DNA from: Deltaproteobacteria bacterium
Lineage (GTDB): Bacteria > Myxococcota_A > UBA9160 > UBA4427
Reading direction: 5' to 3'
DNA length: 37,799 nt
NCBI GenBank assembly: GCA_031390075.1
Contig: JANMTD010000216.1
Coordinates: 1 to 37,799, forward strand
Part shown: one piece after another, positions 35,249 to 37,799 of the stretch
How positions within the stretch are numbered: position 1 is the stretch's first letter
Layout of the letters: each line of letters opens with the position of its first letter
Made by a program: the position numbers and the translations under genes
The notes under the pieces: model-generated
What the model saw: the letters and a program-made list of their open reading frames with translations, nothing else
Database searches by the model: none
What the model was told of the DNA's origin: nothing

Positions 35249-36211
35249 CTAATGCGCGTCGAGCTCTCGCGTCCCGGCCACTCGCGCACCCAGCGCCCGC
35301 GACAAGCGATGGGCGGCCTCCGACACGGCCCGAGCCCCCTCGGCGTGGACGCCCTCGCGGGTCAACCGCTGGCTCGGGCCCGACAGCGAGATCGCCGCGA
35401 TGACACGCTCGCTCGCGTCGCGCACGGGCGCCGCGACGCAGTGGAGACCGGACGCGTACTCCTCGAGATCGACGGCGTAGCCGCGCAGCTGGCCGGCGCG
35501 GACCTCGTCGAGGAGCTTCGCTCCGTCCGTGATCGTCGCGTCCGTGAATCGATCGAGCTTCCACTGGCCGATGCCCGGCTCCGGCGGGGCCACCCCGGCC
35601 CGCCGCCCGGTCGCTTCAGATAGCAGCGGCGTCGAGGCAGGCCGCTCGAGCATGCCCACGAGCAGAGCTTTCCCCATCGCCGTGCAATGTGCGGGCAAGC
35701 GCTCACCCACCCGCGACCCCGTCAGCAGGAGCTGAGCCGGAAGTACGCCGTCCAGGTGGGCGACCTCGCGCTCGCGCAGAACACCAAGATGCGCCGTCTC
35801 ACCCGTCTCGGCCACCAGATCTTCCAGCACCGGGCGCGCCAGACTCGCGAAGGGGTGATTGCGCGCGAAGGCGTGGGCCAGCTCGAGGCAGCGCGGCCCG
35901 AGATGGTACAGCTCGCTATCGGAGGACTGCTGGACGTAGCCCGCGATCTCGAGGGTCGCGAGCAGGCGGAACGCGTTGTTCTTGTGGAGCCCGAGACTGC
36001 GCGCGACGTCCGAGACGCCGATCGCGACCGCGCCGTCGAAGACCTCCAGCATGCGAAACGCGTTCATCACGGTCTGGATCGCGTAATCGCTCCTGGGCTT
36101 GCTGGAGCTCTTCGCCACGGCTCGTCTCCTGCTCTTCGCTCTTGGCTTGCTCTCGGCTCGGTCCCAGCTCGGTCTCGGCCCGGTCCCGGAGACGTGGCGG
36201 CTACCGGCCAT
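35249..36211 (-). CDS. IclR family transcriptional regulator with a basic N-terminal extension
   Basis: The winged HTH is AFRMLEVFDG...GVSDVARSLGLHKNNAFRLLATLEIAGYV. The effector domain has ETAHLGV and LPAHCTAMGKALL. The start is uncertain, either ATG 36211 or GTG 36229. Confidence 0.85.
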   Translation of the reverse strand: MAGSRHVSGTGPRPSWDRAESKPRAKSRRRAVAKSSSKPRSDYAIQTVMNAFRMLEVFDGAVAIGVSDVARSLGLHKNNAFRLLATLEIAGYVQQSSDSELYHLGPRCLELAHAFARNHPFASLARPVLEDLVAETGETAHLGVLREREVAHLDGVLPAQLLLTGSRVGERLPAHCTAMGKALLVGMLERPASTPLLSEATGRRAGVAPPEPGIGQWKLDRFTDATITDGAKLLDEVRAGQLRGYAVDLEEYASGLHCVAAPVRDASERVIAAISLSGPSQRLTREGVHAEGARAVSEAAHRLSRALGARVAGTRELDAH

Positions 36212-36393
36212 CCGGGATGTGCGATCCACATTTCCGGGGAGCGATCCTATCTAACGCAGCGACAGGAGACGTGTCAATCAGTTCGTGCAAATCCAGCGTG
36301 CGTGCGACCGCCCTCGTACACACCGCTGTGTCCGACCGAGCGAGCGCAACCCTCGCGACCGGAAACAGCTTTCGCTCGCGGAGGTGGTCGCTC

Positions 36394-36422
36394 CGCGCGT
36401 CGAAAAAAAATTCGACCGCGCG
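36394..36422. other. Imperfect palindrome (11 bp, one bulge) centred on an A8/T8 run. It is a candidate terminator hairpin for lspA or an operator.
   Basis: Read directly as cgcgcgtcgaa-aaaaaa-ttcga(c)cgcgcg. It lies 23-51 nt downstream of the lspA stop on the minus strand. An 8-nt homopolymer A/T run is conspicuous in this GC-rich window. Confidence 0.3.
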
Positions 36423-36444
36423 TCCCGGGCGGGAGCTCGTCCGA

Positions 36445-36975
36445 CTAATAAGGCGGAGAGCGGCGCGGGCGCTCGGCAGCGCGAGCGGCCATCTCCGTCG
36501 CGAGCAGCTCGACGATGAGGGTGCCGACCCCCAGCAGGATTGCGAGGTCCGCGAGATTGAAATCCGGGAGCGGGCTCGCGGCCGGCGGGCCGACGTGCAA
36601 AAAATTGATACTCGCACCGAGTCGATAGCGATCCAGGCTGTTGCTCACGATGCCCGCGAGCACCGCGCCGAGGGCCGCCGCCGTTCCGAAGTCCCGTGGG
36701 GCCAGTGAACGGAGAAAGACGAACACGACGATCGCCGCGATGATCGAGAGAATTCCGTAACCGGCGAGCTCCGCGTTCGGCGACCAATTCCGAAACAAGC
36801 CGAGTGCACCCCCCGCCGCGGGCACATGCGTCCACGCGAGCAGCGAGCCGATTATCGGAACGCGTTCGCCGACCTCGACCGCGCTCGCGACGTGGCGCTT
36901 GCCCAGCTGGTCGAGCACGAGCACCAGCGCCGCCACGAGCCCGAACGACGCGTACTTGCTCCCCTTGCTCCCCAT
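36445..36975 (-). CDS. lspA: Lipoprotein signal peptidase (signal peptidase II)
   Basis: LDQLGK, the first catalytic-Asp context SNSLDR and the second FNLADLAI are present, with four hydrophobic segments. The protein is 176 aa from ATG 36975. Confidence 0.8.
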   Translation of the reverse strand: MGSKGSKYASFGLVAALVLVLDQLGKRHVASAVEVGERVPIIGSLLAWTHVPAAGGALGLFRNWSPNAELAGYGILSIIAAIVVFVFLRSLAPRDFGTAAALGAVLAGIVSNSLDRYRLGASINFLHVGPPAASPLPDFNLADLAILLGVGTLIVELLATEMAARAAERPRRSPPY

Positions 36976-36991
36976 GAGAGCCGCACTCCCG

Positions 36992-37618
36992 CTATCTGAG
37001 CTCTTCGGCGGACAACAGCTCGTCGCGCCAGATCTCGGGCGAGAGCTCGCGGGCCGCATCGAAGCGCGAGTCCGCCTCCGCGTCGCGGCCCTCGGCGCGG
37101 TCGATCCAGGCGCGCAGACCGACGCCCCAGACGTCGACGGAGGAGCCCATCACGCCCTCCGACTCGAAGAGCGCACGGGCCTGGTCGAGAAACGCGCTCG
37201 CCTCCTCGGGATTGCCGCTGGCGACGTGGTGGCGTGCGAGGGCGAGAAACGCGATCGGATTCGTCGCATCGAGACGCACGGCGCGCTGGTAGCTCGCGAG
37301 CGCCCGCGACGGCTCCCCCGCCGCATCCGCATCGAGTCCCTCGATCACCAGCCGAAGCGAACCGTCGCGGTGCGCGTCGTAGTGTCCCAGCGAGGCACTC
37401 GCCGTCAGCGGCGGCTCGGGCACCGGAGTCGGAGGCGGTGCGAAGAGCGAATCATCGACCGGCTGCCGCTCGGGCTCGGCGCTGCCCGCTGACTCGGAGA
37501 CTGTCCGCTCGCTCGCAGCCGGTCCCGGCGTCGGCGCGACGACGCGGCTCGTCGCACATCCGCCGAGCGCGCTCAGCACACACACGACGAACGAGCCGAG
37601 CCAGAAATTGCGCCGCAT
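36992..37618 (-). CDS. Lipoprotein with TPR-like helical repeats
   Basis: MRRNFWLGSFVVCVLSALGGC contains the lipobox LGGC. A Pro-rich linker follows. The TPR-like segments are ALASYQRAVRLDATNPIAFLALARHHVASGNPEEASAFL. The stop lies 16 nt before lspA. Confidence 0.65.
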   Translation of the reverse strand: MRRNFWLGSFVVCVLSALGGCATSRVVAPTPGPAASERTVSESAGSAEPERQPVDDSLFAPPPTPVPEPPLTASASLGHYDAHRDGSLRLVIEGLDADAAGEPSRALASYQRAVRLDATNPIAFLALARHHVASGNPEEASAFLDQARALFESEGVMGSSVDVWGVGLRAWIDRAEGRDAEADSRFDAARELSPEIWRDELLSAEELR

Positions 37619-37799
37619 GTCGACCATCCGCGTCCCACCCTCGCACACTCACCCGGGGCACGCGACCTCGCGCGACTTCGCCCGTCTGCGGTCCCGGCGC
37701 GATCATCCGCCAAAGAAACGTTCGAAGAAGCGAGGAAACGTGGGCATGCCGCGGGGACACGTCTCGACGGGAGCCGTGCCGATCAGGAAGTACTCCGGC

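Overview
This is a high-GC (roughly 68-70%) bacterial chromosomal segment, densely coded and mostly housekeeping. I see no rRNA, tRNA, CRISPR array, transposase, integrase, phage gene or recognisable defence gene. Bases 1-7532 (+ strand) carry the conserved block rplU-rpmA-obg-proB-proA-nadD-rsfS-comF. Several of its junctions have overlapping stop/start codons. Bases 7546-17944 hold eleven tightly spaced minus-strand genes: M23 peptidase, YjjX-like NTPase, plant-type glutamate-cysteine ligase, a REC-PAS protein, an unknown 6-TM protein, trxB, a PAS-HisKA-REC protein with no ATPase domain, a PF10118-type metal hydrolase and an enoyl-CoA hydratase. Next come an M20 peptidase, an aminotransferase and a GNAT. 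A signalling block follows at 21866-26866. It contains a histidine-kinase-like protein fused to a degenerate NtrC-like REC/AAA+ module, then a canonical NtrC-type sigma-54 activator. After these comes a near-consensus -24/-12 sigma-54 promoter and a REC-HD-GYP gene. The remainder is tatB-tatC, a YceI-like protein, aqpZ and a small repeat protein. It ends with a biotin carboxylase lacking a BCCP motif, malic enzyme, acyl-CoA dehydrogenase, an IclR regulator, lspA and a lipoprotein. The least explained parts are (a) the catalytic-domain-less phosphorelay proteins and the unknown membrane protein embedded between gshA and trxB, and (b) the pseudo-NtrC::kinase / NtrC / sigma-54 / HD-GYP cascade. 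Several short tandem repeats, a recurring AT-rich leader motif and a ComF ORF with no stop before the next gene are also reported. All homology calls come from reading motifs by eye and no database search was run. Many long ORFs in the track are antisense artefacts of the high GC content.
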